Of a stretch of 64,000 nt of DNA, positions 50,723-62,760 are shown piece by piece. The first letter of the stretch is position 1; every line of letters starts with the position of its first letter. The stretch spans positions 12,028,001-12,092,000 of the forward strand of contig NC_073408.1 in assembly GCF_028641065.1 (NCBI RefSeq). The letters run 5' to 3'. This DNA is from Leucoraja erinacea. Lineage: Eukaryota. Under the pieces are notes generated by a model. The model had not been told where the DNA came from and did no database searches. It saw only the letters and a list, made by a program, of their open reading frames with translations. A program made the position numbers and the translations under genes.

Positions 50723-50779
50723 CCTCTAATCCTGTTAATTTCCCCACATTCCCGTCAGCCACAACCATCTACCACTCAG

Positions 50780-51090
50780 CTGCACAACAGGGGCAATTCG
50801 GAGCAGCCAAACAAATTGATCTGCCAAACAACACTCTTTGGGATATGGGACAAAATTGAAGGACCTGGGGAAAACCCATGCGGTCACGTGTAGGACATAC
50901 AAAAGGACACAAAGTAATGGGGTAAGGCAGCATCTCTGCAGAATATAGATAGGTGACATTTTGGGTCAATGCCCTTCTCCAGACTATACATGTGGAGTTT
51001 GTGGATGTACAAACTGCACATAGACAGGTCAATAGAACTCTGAGTTGCCCGAGCAAACTGAGGCAGCAGCTCCACTACCTGTACCACTGT
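50780..51090 (-). mobile_element. Old SINE interrupted by a PLE unit (~50903-50985)
   Basis: SINE body resumes after the PLE piece. Confidence 0.55.
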
Positions 51091-51174
51091 GTGCCCATTT
51101 GTACAATACCAGAGTTGCTTTTCTTCCCCAACTTGCTTGAAGCATTGCTTCATTATACCTCTCCTAAAAGTCAG

Positions 51175-52325
51175 TTTTAAAGTTCAAAGTTCAAAGTAAA
51201 CTTTATTGTCAATTCAAATAAATTGGATTGAAATTGCGTTTCCCCATACTCCAAATGTGCAAGTAATATTTATAACACAGACAGACAATATACCAATAAG
51301 ATAGACAATATACATTATTTAAAATATTCACAGTGTGCCAGACTGTAGTAAAATTTTGAGGTATGTTATTAAAGTGCAATAATAAAGGTGCAATATAGAA
51401 AAGTGCAAATAGCATACTGCAGACATTGAGTTAAAGTTAAATGTTCATGGAATTTTCTTGAGTGTGTTGAGTAATCTGATGGCCTGAGGGAAAAAGCTGT
51501 TTTTGAATCTGGTGGTTTTGCTCCGCATGCTGCGGTAGCGCTTGCCAGATGGCATGCTGAACGTTTGTGTAGCGCTTGATATTGGATGGTTGCGACAGCG
51601 AGAGTGATAAGTCCTTGTGTGCAGGTTGGGGGGTGGGATCTTCTCCACTGTTTGATGATATCTGTAGTGCTCTTCTTGCGAGCACTGCGACTGAGAGACT
51701 GCTGGTAAGAATGCTCAATTGCACCCCTGGTTGGGGGGATCTGGTGAGGTCTTCTCCTCATGTCGAAGGAAGTGGAGGCTTGCCACTCTCTGTAGTGAGA
51801 TGGTCTGGTCAGCAGCAGAACAGTTTACTGCCACATACCAGACTGAGAGACTGCTGAAATGAAAGTGGAATGCTCGCTCAACAAAACAACCAAACAAATT
51901 ATAAACCCAATCTAACACACATATTATTTTAAAAAGAAGGAAAAACGTTCTGAGGGCCTGAAGAAAGGCGGTCCGAATTGGAGGTCACCTCTCCTCTCAC
52001 TCATGGCAACGGAGGCGTCGAAGGAAGTGGAGGCGTTTGCTGAGCTTTCTCTCTTGACTAGGGAGTTGATGGTATAGTTGGTGCAGGGGGACCATGTTCT
52101 GATCATCTGTGATGTGCACTCCCAGCAACTTGGTGCTTTTCACAGACTCCACTGCACTGCCATTGATGGTGAGTGGGGTGTGTGCTGTCTGTTTCTTCCT
52201 GAAGTCCACAGTTAATTCTTTTGTTTTATTAACATTGAGTTGAAGGTTATTGATGTCACACCAGCTGATGATTTGTTGTACCTCCTCTCTGTAGGCAGAG
52301 TCGTCATCGTGGCTGATGAGGTTTT
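51175..52325 (-). mobile_element. Rex1/Babar-like LINE 3' fragment, rearranged
   Basis: DFRKKQTAHTPLTINGSAVESVKSTKLLGVHITDD; PSGKRYRSMRSKTTRFKNSFFPQAIRLLN; (TTTGAAC)n tail. Confidence 0.85.
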
Positions 52326-52454
52326 ACTTAGAAATGGAGTAAGTTAGAAATACTAGTTAATGCTGCCCTCCCCAGTTTGGTGATAGGAGAACGCACAGCA
52401 TTGGGACACTATTAAAAGTCATAGGCAGGTAACTAGACTCTCCCTTGTTGAAGA

Positions 52455-52520
52455 CCCAGTCTGAGGAAGGGTCTCAACCCAAAATGTCATCCATTCCTTC
52501 TCTACAGAGATGCTGCATCT
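52455..52520 (+). mobile_element. Short Penelope-derived hammerhead fragment
   Basis: CTGAGGAAGGGTCTCAACCCAAAATGTC, with the GAAA box mutated. Confidence 0.65.
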
Positions 52521-53762
52521 CTATTTTTTCCTCTGCTGACTTAGATTCTGTTCTGTTGTGTAGCATCTGAAGAATTGCCTGCTGATACTTCAAATTCCAA
52601 TAACTCTTCTTTTCTGAGTATTTCTGTAGTTTTCCTAGTTTAAAACTAAATCATTTTATTCAATACTGTTTCAATTACTGCTCTAAATATCCTACGGATT
52701 TCAGGACGAAGATAAAATCTTCTTAAAATTATTTCCTTTGCTGCAAACTTCCCTGGTGTGCCTTTTATGTAGTAATGGTTGACAACAAAGCCTCGAAGGC
52801 CCAAATATCTTCCTTTGTTGCATGCTGCCTCCAGCTGTGTTTGTTGACGGAAGTAGAGGCAGTGACTGTCTCGGGCATCATCTTGAACAGAAGAAAGATT
52901 GTTGGTTCAGAGAAATAGTCATTCAGTGGGGCAAGAGGGCAGCAGATTGCAGCGTTGAACAGTATGAGATCCTGTTACACTGCAGATGTGGATGGCACAT
53001 TTTATGCTCTGCCTGTTTGGTCATTTTTAATAAACATCCTTACAAACTTAGCGCAGCGCTCTGGGTAAATACATCGTTCATGTTTCATTGCAAACATGCT
53101 GGTCATGGAGATGTGATGTGAATGTTAAAGTGGAACAGGACACTTGCCCATTGCTGCAGCTCCAAACTGCACCGTCACACCGTCCAAGTTGCTTTTGGGG
53201 ATCGGATCGTTAGCATCGATTTCACTTCCCTGACTTCTGTCCCAAACCCTAGACTCCCGTCCTGTCTACAAACTTACCTGCATTTGCCTCGAATGTATCA
53301 TGAATTTTACGTATCGTCCAACAAATAGTTCAAATTGGCATTGATGGATGTGAGTTGCTTCAGGTCTCCACTGCATCCAAACAGCTTCCAGCAGTGCTAC
53401 GTTCTGACTTTGGAGAGGACTGAATTACAGTGACGGGGGGTGATAAACTCTGGCAACAAGACCAATTACTTTCGGACATCATTCCTTGTTAGTGCTGGAG
53501 ACCAAATGACCCATCGTTAGAATACTACCCTCATCCAGATGTCATTACGGGTCATGACATTTGCTTTTATTTTAACCTGTGTTTTGCTGGAGCAGTGGGC
53601 CTGGAGCCCTGAATTCTGCCAATTAAGCATGGCGAGGAGATGCTGTGTGTTGCAGCGGCTGGTGGCCGCTGAGTGGAATCGCTCGATCTCCTCACACATA
53701 CCCTTTCCCCTCCACACCACCCCCTCCCACCCACACCACTCCGTCCCTTTGGAAGTTAAGTG

Positions 53763-54802
53763 TAGAAATGTTACAAAATTTTGAGATTTTAAAAATCAAG
53801 TCTGCAATTTATCCCATCAGATAAAGCATAAAAAGAAGTTTAATTTGACACCTAATTCACTTTCATATCTCAAGTATTTAAAAAGTTATGGCCATTTTCA
53901 TACTCGGAAATTAGCATCTTGTTCCCTATTGATTTTCTATGGACATAACAAAAAAGCTGTGATCGTGGACAGTCAAAAGCCCATAACTTTCTTAAAAATT
54001 AAGAGAACTGAATGAAATTTTCAGTTATCATAGATTGAAGCATTCGGAAACAAATATAAATCAATCTTACTTGGATGACCTGAAATTAAAGCATATAATC
54101 AGTTAGTTACCCAATTGGAGCTAATTTCAAACTTCAATTACTAGATCTAAACATCTGTCTATTTCTTAATAAATGATTAACATTTTTAAATAGCCTAAGT
54201 GTCCAAATAATATTCACAAATAATTCACAATAAAACATGATTTTTAAATCTCATTGACATTAATTTATAGGCCAAATGGAAGGAATTTAGTGTTCAATTG
54301 CTGTAAATTAAAGTCAATTTAAATCAGCTTTCTAGTGGGATCCTGTGAACGCGCTGGTTTAGAACGTTCACATTGCGGTGGATTTGTGCCCTCAAATGCC
54401 CAGAAAAATACTGCGGGATATAATGGGGCCAAAATGAGCTACTCACAACATTAAACTTTGTATAAAGGCATCTTAAGAAGCCCTTTTTAATGTAAAAATA
54501 AACAGCCTACCGTCTGTTGTCTGCTGTATGAGACCCTGCCGGTTGCCGGTGGTCGCGGGTTTAAAGGTTAATTTTTAAACTACTACAACAATTATATAAA
54601 GCCTTTAAAACTAATAATAGCTAAAGCGACGGAATATTCCAGCGATTTTCCGTTAATAATTAACTAGGCTGAACATCCTCGATTGGAACAGCCTAGGGAA
54701 AATCGCGTTTTAAACCCGCCCCCTCTAAACGGCGCCAAAATCGCGCACACCCGCAGCGACAGATTTTCAGCGACGCTTCAGGTAGGCTTTGCAACATACC
54801 TA
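53763..54802. mobile_element. Non-autonomous DNA transposon, 1040 bp, TAG...CTA ends (hAT-like by inference)
   Basis: Imperfect 15-bp TIR TAGAAATGTTACAAA vs TAGGTATGTTGCAAA; direct repeat TTAAGTG at 53756-53762 and 54803-54809. Confidence 0.75.
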
Positions 54803-55012
54803 TTAAGTGTATGTTGAACACCATATTCAAGAAGGAATATTGTCAACATCCACTCTTAGCAGCAAACATCGGTTGCAGTAATATTGTCTGCACTTACCCT
54901 GAGCTATGTAATTTATTCATTATATCGTGGCTAAGACTTTCAACGCTGTTATAGGTAATTTCAACACAATTGCACTTTTGTTGTGAATTATTTACAAAGC
55001 TGGCTGAGAACT

Positions 55013-55390
55013 ATCCAATCTAATCCAATCCAACTTTATTTGATAAGCACTTTAAAACAGCCAATGTTGACCAAAGTGCTGTACAGAAGAATAAACAAGA
55101 CATCATAAACAGACACCATAACAGCTCACATGAGGCGCAAAAATTACATATGAAATACAACAATAAATTAAAAGACATAAAACATGAGTAAAAATAATAG
55201 CCACGGAATAAAAGCAATCAAAAATTAAGAAATTAAATCAAGTAAATAAATAAAGTCGACATCTTACTGGGTATCAAAGGCCACGGAGAAGAGATGGGTT
55301 TTAAGAAGTGATTTAAAAACAGACAGAGAAGAGGCCTGTTTAATGTGGAGAGGCAGATCGTTCCATAGTTTGGGTGCCGACACAGCAACT
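55013..55390 (-). mobile_element. L2-type LINE 3' end
   Basis: VSAPKLWNDLPLHIKQASSLSVFKSLLKTHLFSVAF, 3' UTR and (GGATT)n tail. Confidence 0.8.
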
Positions 55391-55842
55391 ATGCACGATT
55401 TCCCTTCTAAATGCATGGTTGGCAACTTAGTAAAACAATACGGAATTATGGTGCTGGGAATAACAGAAATGGCCCAAAAATAATCATTCAGTTTGATATT
55501 TTTCCTCGTCTCTGTTTCCTCTTGATGCATGCACACAATGCAGTATCTCATCTCGAACATTAATCTAACCATTTGTCATTAGTTTGACATTTGGGAGTCA
55601 TGGGTGTAGACTTTGACAAAAAGTTTAGTGCTAATGGATTGTAAAGCAGAGGGATGGATCATTTATGATGGTAAGTTTCATATCATTTGTTGTCAACAAA
55701 ACTTAAATGTTGCGTTTGACATGCAATCTGGATAGTTTTAGACAACTAACGTCAGGCGATCTTTCAGAATGGAATATTAATACCACACTTTCAATTTATT
55801 CTGTAACAAAGTCAATGGGAAGATTTCAAAATAACAACACAA

Positions 55843-56150
55843 GGGGCATCACAGTAGCACAACCACTGGTAGAGTTGCTGCCTTGCAGCGCCACAGACCC
55901 AGGCCAGACTACGGGTGCTGTCTGTCAGGAGTTTGGATGTTCTCCCTGTGGGTTTTCTCAGGGTGCTCCAGTTTCCTCCCACACTCCCACAAAGACGTAC
56001 AGATTTGTAGCTTAATTGGCTTCTGTAAATTGTAAATTGTCCCTAGAGTGTAGGAGAGTGCGAGTGTACCAGGGTGATCGCTGGTCGGCGTGGACTGGAT
56101 TGACACAAAGGGCCTGTTTCCACGCTGTATCTCTGAAGCCTAAAGTAAAG
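55843..56150 (+). mobile_element. tRNA-derived SINE
   Basis: Family copy with a deletion in the B-box region. Confidence 0.8.
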
Positions 56151-56819
56151 TCGAACACAATTAGATGCATGTGAAGAACGATAACAAAAGAATGATGAAG
56201 TGCTGTGTTGTGATTACAAACAGATCAGTCATGACCTGGCCACCGGAGCCTGTTCCACCATTCAATAAGATCGTAGATGACCTGATGATCACAGCTTCAC
56301 AATCCTGCCTATCACCAGTAGACTATAATCTTCCGCACTTATCAAGAGTCTACCTCTACCTTAAAAATATTCAGACTTTGTTCCGCAGTCCTTTGGAACA
56401 GACAGATAAATAAATCCAATTTAATACTATAATACAGATGTATGATTAATCTTAGTGCTAATGCATGATCAATCTCAGTAATAATAGCCATTATAAATTT
56501 CTAAAGGAACAATGTGATCATTATGAACAATAAATGTATAAAGTGAAATTCCATTGTAAATGTGTGGTGATGGTAACCCTGTAGCAATTGTCTGAGGGAA
56601 AACAAAATCACCTCATCTCTGCCTACAGTGATAACACTTAATTTTTAAACAAGCCATGAAGTCACATCACTTATTTCCCAGAATGATTTAGATTCGGATG
56701 AGTTTATTGTCAGATGCAGTGACATTCTTTGTTCATAAGAAGCTCTCAGAGTAAACAGTTACATCCAGAAATGATAAATGCAACTATAAATACAATGCCA
56801 TGAAGTGCTGGAGTAAATC

Positions 56820-57838
56820 AACTGCAGTAACTAGAGTAACTCAATTGGCGTTCCAGTCAAATGATCTCGAGCAGTACCAGAAAGTTAGACTATCTTCACA
56901 ATGCCATCAGGAATGCCAAGAGACTATGGGTCAAACTTGAGTCCCAGTTATAATCACTCAAACACCCGCTGACTGTTGCAAGGCCTCATTGCTTGCAAAG
57001 ATGTCAGGCAGCATCGCTGGTGATAGTGCCCTCCCTATTGAACCTAATTCATTCCATGCTCACTTTGAGCAGATGACAGCTGTCCGGTCAGACTCGAGTG
57101 TACCTGTTCGCAGGGCCACTATTGCAGAAGTAAGATTGGTCTTCCTGAGGCTGAATCCATGGAAAGCAACTGGCACAGATGGAGTCCTTGGCCACGTCCT
57201 TACGAACTGCACAGACCAACTGGCAGGAGTGTTCACAGACTTCGTAAATCTCTCCCTGCTCCATTCTGAGGTACTCACCTGCTTAAAGAAGACCACTATC
57301 ACCTTGGTGCCAAAGGAAAGCAAGATCTTATGCTTTACTGTTCAGTGGCCCTGACATCCACCATCATGAAGTGTTTCAAGAGGCTGGTTATAGCATACAA
57401 TAAATCCAGCCTACCAAGTTACCTTGATCTGTGCAACCTTCAAACTGTACGACTCCTCCCCCTTCTGTCGTGGGGTAGACTGACTCTCCCCCCCACCCCC
57501 CTTCCACCCCCTCCCCAATCTTTGCACATCCTCAATCTTTTCCACTCATCACTGTAATTTCATGTTTCATGTATTTTGTGTTTTTTGACTGTTCGAAGAT
57601 CAATTTCCCTCCTGGGATAAATAAAGATCTATCGTATCGTATCCACTGTAGCTCGCAAATTGCCACAACAGGTCCACGACTGGTGCCATCTCCCTGGTAC
57701 TACACTCATCCCTGGAACACCTGGAAAAGAAGGACACCTACGGCTGACTACTATTCATGAACTACAGCGCTCCTTTCAATACCATTATCCCAGCCACGCT
57801 CAACCAACCTCAGCACTCCCCTCTGCAACTGGATCCTT
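56820..57838 (+). mobile_element. Rex1/Babar-like LINE RT fragment
   Basis: LNPWKATGTDGV...TDQLAGVFTD..NLSL...KKTTITLVP; VALTSTIMKCFKRLV. Confidence 0.8.
57433..57642 (+). mobile_element. LINE 3' end nested in the Rex-like fragment
   Basis: Ends GGGATAAATAAAGATCT followed by an (ATCGT)n tail. Confidence 0.6.
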
Positions 57839-57840
57839 GA

Positions 57841-58320
57841 AGGGCCTGTCCCACTTAAGTGACTTTTTAGGTGAATGCAGGAGCGTCTGCGCTCGCCACA
57901 TGATCGCTGGTGGTCTCTGGTGAGTCTCCTTCATGGTCATGTTGAAAAATGTTCTGCGACCAAAAATTGGTCGCCATGGAGAAATTCGATACTCCTGTAG
58001 TCGTAGGTGCAGTTGTAATGGGGTCGCCATGTAGTTATTGGTAATCGAGTTAGTCGTATGTAGTTTTAGTTAATCGCCTTTGCTGACCGGACATTTTCAT
58101 TGGCTCATTGGGATAAAAAAATGTAAGCACGAGGTTTCAGAACCAAGGTTAACCGACCGGTAATGTTAAATGCCCGGCAAACTTCACAGCTGTGTATCTC
58201 TGACTTATTAAAAGTCTCTCCACTCCTTCTCATCCACCTTCTCTCCCTTTCTCCCCCCTCTTTTAAAGGACTTACCGTACACTGTGCTAGCTGTCTTAAC
58301 CTTCCTGTTCATCGCGGTGC
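57841..58320. mobile_element. Truncated PIF/Harbinger-like MITE
   Basis: Left TIR AGGGCCTGTCCCACTT; right TIR not found, so the right boundary is uncertain. Confidence 0.55.
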
Positions 58321-59197
58321 AAGCTCTGTATTCCCTAGGATTCATGTTTATACTTTGGAAGGCTGATGTACTGTATCTGTACCACCATATATTCCTCTCT
58401 GAGACACCAATCCTGGGACTAAATTCTTTGCCATGTTGCTTAACAGCTAGTTTCAATGAGTAATTATATCTGACACCAAGGTTAAATTGCCTGTGTGTAA
58501 AAATGGCAGGAGTATGTTGTACTTAGGTTTACGTTGCAATATTTCTCAGTTTGCTATCTGCACTTTACAGGTAAATTGACTCAAACAAGCCGGCCTGTGT
58601 TTTAGATCTTCACCATAAATGACCTGTGCTCCTGTTAGCGAGTATATCACAACTATCTTGTCAAAAGTAATTTGGAGTCTGACTCCATACTTGCGCAGAG
58701 GGAGCTTGCAGCAGAACCGTGAGCATGTGATCCAAGGCAATCATGCTGTGAATATCAATTGTTTCACTTTGAGTCGGGAGATTCGAAAAGGATTCGAGAG
58801 AAGATAAAATGAAGGAACTCCTTTGTAAAAGGCCAGTCTCCACAAAACGCGATTGACATCACTTTAAATTTCCAACACCCCTCCCCAATCCAACCCATCA
58901 GCTCCTAAAACCCACAGGCAGCAGGTTGCTGAGGTGACAGTGCAGAAATTAGGGATAGGAAAAATTGCATTGTGAATGCAGTGGTGCACAATGCAACCTA
59001 AATAATAACAATCAGATCCTTTATAGTGGAATTGTTTAAGAGGGACAGAAAGAGCATGTCATTTGAGATGCATGTTCTTGAATTGGGCCTTATCAGAATA
59101 GAACTAAATGCATGAGTCAACCATCCAGCCCCGTCAAGCCAGTTCAGCCATTTTTAGATCACATTTGCTCTGTCCAGGCCCCAGTGCTTGATTCTCT

Positions 59198-59492
59198 TGA
59201 CTTTAGAGATACACGCAGAAACAGGCCCTTCCGCCCAACATGTCCGCACAGAACAGCAATCAGCCCATACACTAACACGATCCTACACACTAGCGGCAAC
59301 TTATAATTTTACCGAACCCAATCAACCTACAAACCTGTATGTCTTTGGAGTGTGGGTGGAAACCGGAACACCCGGAGAAAACCCACACAGTCCCAAGGAG
59401 AATGTACAAACTCCAGTGGCCATAGTCAGAATCGAACCTGGATCTTTGGCACTGTAGGACAGCAACTCTACAGCTTTGTCACTGTGCTGCCC
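59198..59492 (-). mobile_element. tRNA-derived SINE
   Basis: Full-length family copy. Confidence 0.85.
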
Positions 59493-60265
59493 CTGAAGTT
59501 TAAACATCTATCTCTCTCTAACTTGGATATACAATGATACAGATTCAACAGCACTCTGGGCTCAGGAATTAGACTATCCCAGCAAGTGAAGAAATTCCTC
59601 CTCCTCACATCCTTAATGTAACCCTAACCTGTTTCCTGGCTTTCGATCCCTCCATTTTTAAAAACATCACTGTTTCATTCATGGTGCTACAGATTATTTT
59701 TTCCAAGGAACATGTGGACACAAGGGATTTGCTAAATTGTCTTTGCCAGCACTGTGTGTGAGCCCGGGTCACCAGGATAAACTTCAACCTATAATCTTTT
59801 AAATATAGATGAATAATGAATAAATGAGCTCACTTAGCCTTTAAACTATCAGTGGATGTGGTTTAAATAGTAGGAATCATTACTGTTGCCATCTCTTTGG
59901 TCCTTACACAACACCACAATAAATATATAGATGTAACCTTTAAGTCATTAACAGATTTTTTTTCTTTTTTCTTTTTCACACTTGATGATAACAGGTACAA
60001 TGGTACTAGGGCACTGTCACTGTAGTAATAGGACACAAAGATGTGTTTGCAGAACTGCACCATTGCTTGGTGAGGTAAGAACTAGTTTCATAAACAGCAC
60101 ATAACAACATTAGAAAAAGAAATAGGAGCAAACTCTTTAGCCACCATAACTAACCTGTCTTTGAATGAAATCTATGTTTATCTTTTACCTCAGCAACATT
60201 TTACTAGCCTCTTAATATCTTAATTAATCTCCAATTCTTGTTGAAGGCAACTATATTAAATCAGC

Positions 60266-60721
60266 GGTTACACAAAAAAGCTGGAGAAACTCAGCGGGTG
60301 CACAGCATCAATGGAGCGAAGGAAATAGGCAACGTTTCGGGCCGAAACCCTTCTTCAGACTGATTGGGCGGGGACAAGAAAGGAAAAAGGAGGAGGAGCC
60401 CGAAGGCGGGGGGATGGGAGGAGACAGCAGGGGGACTGAGGAAGGGGAGGAGACAGCAAGGACTAACAAAATTGGGAGAATTCGATGTTCATGCCCCCAG
60501 GATGCAGACTCCCCAAACGGAATATGAGGTGCTGTTCCTCCAATTTCCGGTGCTGCTCGCTGTGGCCATGGAGGAGACCCAGGACAGAGAGGTCGGAGAC
60601 GGAGTGGGAGGGGGAGTTGAATTGCTGAGCCACCGGGAGGTCAGCTTGGTTATTGCGGACCGAGCGGAGGTGTTCGGCGAAACGATCGCCCAACCTCCGC
60701 TTGGTCTCACCGATATAGATC
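60266..60721 (-). mobile_element. 5'-truncated Penelope-like element (GIY-YIG C-terminus plus hammerhead)
   Basis: LGDRFAEHLRSVRNNQADLPVAQQFNSPSH...LGSLHPGGMNIEFS; core at ~60328-60362; duplication TATATTAAATC(A/G)GC at 60252-60265 and 60733-60746. Confidence 0.9.
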
Positions 60722-61309
60722 TATTAAATCGATATATTAAATCGGCATTGGTTTAAAAAATCACTGACCATTAACTTTATCTCTAATATTTATTCTGGAC
60801 GTTAAGACCTTTATTGCACCGTTTTATACTTCCAATATCTTTGGCCATTCAATTCAGCTCTTCAGTGCATTTAATACTGGAATTGAATCTCATTGACGTT
60901 TGCTGCTTATTCTTAACACACAGTCATTGATTGTTGGGAAGTCATTAACCTTGTACCACTCATACTCTGCTGGATTCTTGCCATATGACAGAGCAATTGC
61001 TTCCTCCATTCACACTTCTTGCATGCGTAGCGGAACAATACATCAATATATTTTTTGCAACATGTGTACCATTCTTCAAGATGAATATAGGCCATAATTA
61101 TAACAGAATGAATCGTTACTTTGTTATTGATTCTTGTGATGCTAGAGATGTGTCGCAGGATGGTGGTTATTAATGCTTCCAAATCTCCAAAGAATATTCC
61201 GTGTCTATCTCAGAGCACATGGAGATAGCAGTAAACAGAAATATCTGAGGTAATAGGTTTTGCTTGCTGAGGGGTTACAGTGAACCAACTTCCTATATAT
61301 TTTTTTAAA

Positions 61310-62060
61310 ACCTATTGGTTTATTACCATGAGTACTGAAATCCAATGAAAAACTGTGCGTGCTACCCGGCTAAATCGTACATGAGTACAATCAAGCCATA
61401 CACAAATACAACAGGAAATGCAAAGAGAAACATACATTGTGCAGAATATAGCGTCACAGTGTTATAGCGTTAGGGATCATCATTGATCAGTAGCCTGATA
61501 ACAGCAGGCAAGGAGCTGTTGCTGAATCTGGTGGAAAATGCTTTCAAGCTTTTGTAACTTCCACCCAATGGAAGGAGGAGAAAAGAGGAAATGATGGTCC
61601 TTGATAATGTTGGCTGCTTTCTCAAGACAGCATGAAGTATATGATGGACTGGGCTGCATCCACAGCTCTCTGCAATTTCTTACAGCAGAGCAGTTGCCAA
61701 ACCAAGCTGTATTATGTCCTGATGCTCGAATGCTTTCTACAGTGCAATGATAGAAGTTGGCAAGAGTTGTTGGAGACAGGCTGAAATTTCTTGGTGTTCT
61801 CGGGAAATAGAGGCATTGGTATCCTTTCATGCCCATGTTACATCATGCATTTCTTGCAGACTTGGATGGAGATATTCCCAAACCATGCTGTGAAGCATCC
61901 CCAAAAAATGCTTTGTCTGTGCATCTGTGAGAAGTTGGGTTGTTGGGGATATGCCGAACTTCCTAAGCATTCCAGGGAAGTATAGGTATTGGTGTGCTTT
62001 CTTGGCCATTGCTTTGATGTGGCTGGTCCAGGACAAATTACTGGTGATATTTATTTCCAA
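61310..62060 (-). mobile_element. Rex1/Babar-like LINE 3' fragments, partly duplicated
   Basis: INITSNLSWTSHIKAMAKKAHQYLYF; TTLANFYHCTVESI...TAWFGNCS. Confidence 0.75.
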
Positions 62061-62123
62061 GATAGCACACTATACACAATAAGTTGTTCCATGGCAAATA
62101 ATTAGGAAGGTAAATGAACACTT

Positions 62124-62220
62124 AAGTCTGAAGAGGGGTCTCAACCCGAAACGTCTCCCATTCCTTCTCTCCAGAGATGCTGCCTGTCCCCAGTTACGCC
62201 AGCATTTTTTGTCACCCTTC
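62124..62220 (+). mobile_element. Short Penelope-derived hammerhead unit
   Basis: CTGAAGAGGGGTCTCAACCCGAAACGTC, intact core. Confidence 0.75.
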
Positions 62221-62224
62221 GAAT

Positions 62225-62760
62225 ACAAATGGAATGTTGGACTTTGCTTAAAAGGGGTTAGAGTATAAAAGTAGTAAAGTCCTTCACCAACTGTTTGAGC
62301 ATATGGTATCTTCCGCATTATTTAAGGAGGAAGATACTTACACTTGAGGGACCTCAGAGTAGGTTCACTTAGTTTCATTCAGAATTAAGGGTTGACCTTT
62401 GAGCAAAGGTTACACAGTTGGTCCTATTCTGATTGGAGATGAGAATATTGAGAGATACTTTTGAAACATGTAGGGTGAGGAGAGTAGACATCAGGACATC
62501 TTCGTCTCCTTCTCGGTAGCATACTGAGCAAAGTTATAGAATAATTAATTGAGCAGTTACAGAGGAGGTGAGGGGAAATGTCTTCTCATGGAGGACTGTG
62601 GATCTTTCAACTTCTCTATCCCACAAAGCTGTGCAGGTTGAGTTGTTAATTATAGACAAGGGTGAGGTGGATAGTGATGAGTCGAAGGCTTTGGGGACAG
62701 GTGGGAAAGTGAAGCTGAGGTCAAGATCATGTTCTCATCAAATAGCAGCACAAGCATAGG
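62225..62760 (+). mobile_element. Highly decayed CR1 3' fragment
   Basis: Remnants such as RGNVFSWRTVDLSTSLSHKAV. Confidence 0.55.
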
